NCBI RefSeq assembly: GCF_003918875.1
Contig: NW_025765481.1
Span: 496,001 to 560,000 of the forward strand
Length of the DNA stretch: 64,000 nucleotides
Direction of reading: 5' to 3'
Source of the DNA: Haliotis rubra
Lineage: Eukaryota
A program made the translations under genes and the position numbers. The notes under the pieces are model-generated. The model was not told the origin of the DNA. It saw only the letters and a list, made by a program, of their open reading frames with translations, and ran no database searches. Positions 60,472-64,000 of this stretch are shown here, piece after piece. The stretch's first letter is position 1. The number at the start of each line of letters is the position of its first letter.

Positions 60472-63449
60472 TGTTTAATTTAGAAGCCAATAATGTACTA
60501 CAATTTGTACACGTACTAAGAAAGTGTTATTGTTTAATTTAGAAGCCAATACTGTACTACAATTTGTACACGTACTAAGAAAGTGTTATTGTTTAATTTA
60601 GAAGCCAATAATGTACTACAATTTGTACACGTCCTAAGAAAGTGTTATTGTTTAATTTAGAAGCCAATAATGTACTACAATTTGTACACGTACTCAGAAA
60701 GTGTTATTGTTTAATTTAGAAGCCAATGATGTACTACAATTTGTACACGTACTACGAAAGTGTTATTGTTTAATTTAGAAGCCAATAATGTACTACAATT
60801 TGTACACGTACTAAGAAAGTGTTATTGTTTAATTTAGAAGCCAATAATGTACTACAATTTGTACACGTACTAAGAAAGTGTTATTGTTTAATTTAGAAGC
60901 CAATAATGTACTACAATTTGTACACGTACTAAGAAAGTGTTATTGTTTAATTTAGAAGCCAATGATGTAATACAATTTGTACACGTACTAAGAAAGTGTT
61001 ATTGTTTAATTTAGAAGCCAATGACAATTTGTACACGTACTAAGAAAGTGTTATTGTTATTGTTTAATTTAGAACCACGTACTACAGAACGTAGTGTTAT
61101 TGTTTAATTTAGAAGCCAATGATGTACTACAATTTGTACACGTACTACGAAAGTGTTATTGTTTAATTGTTTAATTTAGAAGCCAATGATGTACTACAAT
61201 TTGTACACGTACTACGAAAGTGTTATTGTTTAATTTAGAAGCCAATGATGTACTACAATTTGTACACGTACTAAGAAAGTGTTATTGTTTAATTTAGAAG
61301 CCAATAATGTACTACAATTTGTACACGTACTAAGAAAGTGTTATTGTTTAATTTAGAAGCCAATAATGTACTACAATTTGTACACGTACTACGAAAGTGT
61401 TATTGTTTAATTTAGAAGCCAATAATGTACTACAATTTGTACACGTACTACGAAAGTGTTATTGTTTAATTTAGAAGCCAATAATGTACTACAATTTGTA
61501 CACGTAGTAAGAAAGTGTTATTGTTTAATTTAGAAGCCAATGATGTACTACAATTTGTACACGTACTACGAAAGTGTTATTGTTTAATTTAGAAGCCAAT
61601 GATGTACTACTATTTGTACACGTACTTAGAAAGTGTTATTGTTTAATTTAGAAATCAATAATGTACTACAATTTGTACACGTACTACGAAAGTGTTATTG
61701 TTTAATTTAGAAGCCAATAATGTACTACAATTTGTACACGTACTACGAAAGTGTTATTGTTTAATTTAGAAGCCAATAATGTACTACAATTTGTACACGT
61801 ACTACGAAAGTGTTATTGTTTAATTTAGAAGCCAATAATGTACTACAATTTGTACACGTACTACGAAAGTGTTATTGTTTAATTTAGAACCCAATAATGT
61901 ACTACAATTTGTACACGTAGTAAGAAAGTGTTATTGTTTAATTTAGAAGCCAATGATGTACTACAATTTGTACACGTACTAAGAAAGTGTTATTGTTTAA
62001 TTTAGAAGCCAATGATGTACTACAATTTGTAACGTACTACGAAAGTGTTATTGTTTAATTCAGAAATCAATAATGTACTACAATTTGTACACGTACTAAG
62101 AAAGTGTTATTGCTTAATTTAGAAGCCAATAATGTACTACAATTTGTAACGTACTAAGAAAGTGTTATTGCTTAATTTAGATCCCAATAATGTACTACAA
62201 TTTGTAACGTACTAAGAAAGTGTTATTGTTTAATTTAGAAGCCAATAATGTACTACAATTTGTAACGTTCTAAGAAAGTGTTATTGTTTAATTTAGAAGC
62301 CAATAATGTACTACAATTTGTAACGTACTAAGAAAGTGTTATTGTTTAATTTAGAAGCCAATAATGTACTACAATTTGTAACGTACTAAGAAAGTGTTAT
62401 TGTTTAATTTAGAAGCCAATAATGTACTACAATTTGTACACGTACTAAGAAAGTGTTATTGTTTGATTTAGAAGCCAATAATGAGCTACAATTTGTAACG
62501 TACTAAGAAAGTGTTATTGTTTAATTTAGAAGCCAATAATGTACTACAATTTGTACACGTACTACGAAAGTGTTATTGTTTAATTTAGATCCCAATAATG
62601 TACTACAATTTGTAACGTACTACGAAAGTGTTATTGTTTAATTTAGAAGCCAATAATGTACTACAATTTGTAACGTACTAAGAAAGTGTTATTGTTTAAT
62701 TTAGATCCCAATAATGTACTACAATTTGTAACGTACTAAGAAAGTGTTATTGTTTAATTTAGAAGCCAATAATGTACTACAATTTGTACACGTACTAAGA
62801 AAGTGTTATTGTTTAATTTAGATCCCAATAATGTACTACAATTTGTAACGTTCTAAGAAAGTGTTATTGTTTGATTTAGATCCCAATAATGTACTACAAT
62901 TTGTAACGTACTAAGAAAGTGTTATTGTTTGATTTAGAAGCCAATAATGTACTACAATTTGTAACGTACTAAGAAAGTGTTATTGTTTGATTTAGAAGCC
63001 AATAATGTACTACAATTTGTACACGTACTAAGAAAGTGTTATTGTTTGATTTAGAAGCCAATAATGTACTACAATTTGTAACGTACTAAGAAAGTGTTAT
63101 TGTTTAATTTAGAAACCAATAATGTACTACAATTTGTAACGTACTACGAAAGTGTTATTGTTTGATTTAGATCCCAATAATGTACTACAATTTGTAACGT
63201 ACTACGAAAGTGTTATTGTTTAATTTAGAAGCCAATAATGTACTACAATTTGTAACGTACTACGAAAGTGTTATTGTTTAATTTAGAAGCCAAAAATGTA
63301 CTACAATTTGTAACGTACTACGAAAGTGTTATTGTTTAATTTAGATCCCAATAATGTACTACAATTTGTAACGTACTAAGAAAGTGTTATTGTTTAATTT
63401 AGAAGCCAATAATGTACTACAAATTGTAACGTACTACGAAAGTGTTATT
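60472..63449. repeat. 59-bp satellite array, about 50 copies
   Basis: Unit tgtttaatttagaagccaataatgtactacaatttgtacacgtactaagaaagtgttat, with no spacers. Confidence 0.97.
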
Positions 63450-63924
63450 CCAAATATAACACTTATTACATTTTAGCGTTTTCTGAAAGCCGTTTGGAAA
63501 CAATATCCTTGGAAATCAATTACAAAGTCTTAAAAATCTCCAGTGGATGTTTATAACCTTTGATAATACTTTCTATAAAAAGGGAATAGGCTTTGTATGA
63601 CATTTATCAACGTTATAGAGCAAGAGAGGTATATAGTATCAATACAAGTTTAAGGTAGAGATTATATAGCTGAATAGCGGGGAGCGATTTCAGGGAGAGG
63701 AAAAGCCGGTCATGTACACATAAATGTGGACAAGAGGAATACGACTGATTGGAATCTTTGATGATGCATTTTTCTCTCAGCATTTTAGGCTTAGGCCTTT
63801 TTTTAAATTACTTGGTTTACGGATTTTGAAAAACAAGTATTAGGTCGGTAGGGAGAAAAAAAAAGAACAAAGAAAGAAAAAGGGAATATGGAGATGTTAT
63901 TTGCACACTTGAGTATATCATATA

Positions 63925-64000
63925 TTACTTGACTGACTTAGTCCTCTTTACTCCTTGAGGAGCATAGGGCCTCAACAGTTGTCGTCCACGCTTGCCGGTG
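63925..64000 (-). mobile_element. 3' end of an RTE-clade LINE
   Basis: Minus strand reads ...tggacgacaactgttgaggccctatgctcctcaaggagtaaagaggactaagtcagtcaagt, typical of RTE 3' ends (recalled). Confidence 0.6.

Noticed and set aside
60472-63449. CRISPR-like regular repeats (also at 600-1172, 26720-27460, 29306-30111 and 55205-55610)
   Set aside because: Units are directly adjacent with no unique spacers, there are no cas genes, and the context is eukaryotic. They are minisatellites.

Overview
This is eukaryotic, repeat-rich animal DNA with spliceosomal introns. The SINE repertoire suggests a mollusc, probably a gastropod such as abalone (inference). Host genes: (1) the last four coding exons of an FSTL4/FSTL5-like gene (42-5247, +); (2) a multi-exon type I membrane mucin-like gene missed by the ORF track, with a PAN/apple-like exon, four duplicated Thr-rich exons, a TM exon and a basic tail (20003-27954, +); (3) the signal-peptide and PAN exons of a paralog (57592-58603, +). 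A four-level transposon nest occupies about 30-46.6 kb: a minisatellite is split by a non-LTR element, which carries a head-to-tail Harbinger dimer, whose first copy carries a Kolobok-like MITE. Harbinger copy 2 has an intact 341-aa spliced transposase. The window also has degenerate mariner and Tc1 elements, two Penelope-type minimal hammerhead ribozymes, two tRNA-headed SINE families, many minisatellites and two assembly gaps. The most intriguing element is a short retroposon family with no tRNA head whose 5' end is a conserved multi-helix fold with a predicted kissing loop, a candidate ribozyme. All exon models were read by eye and no database search was run.
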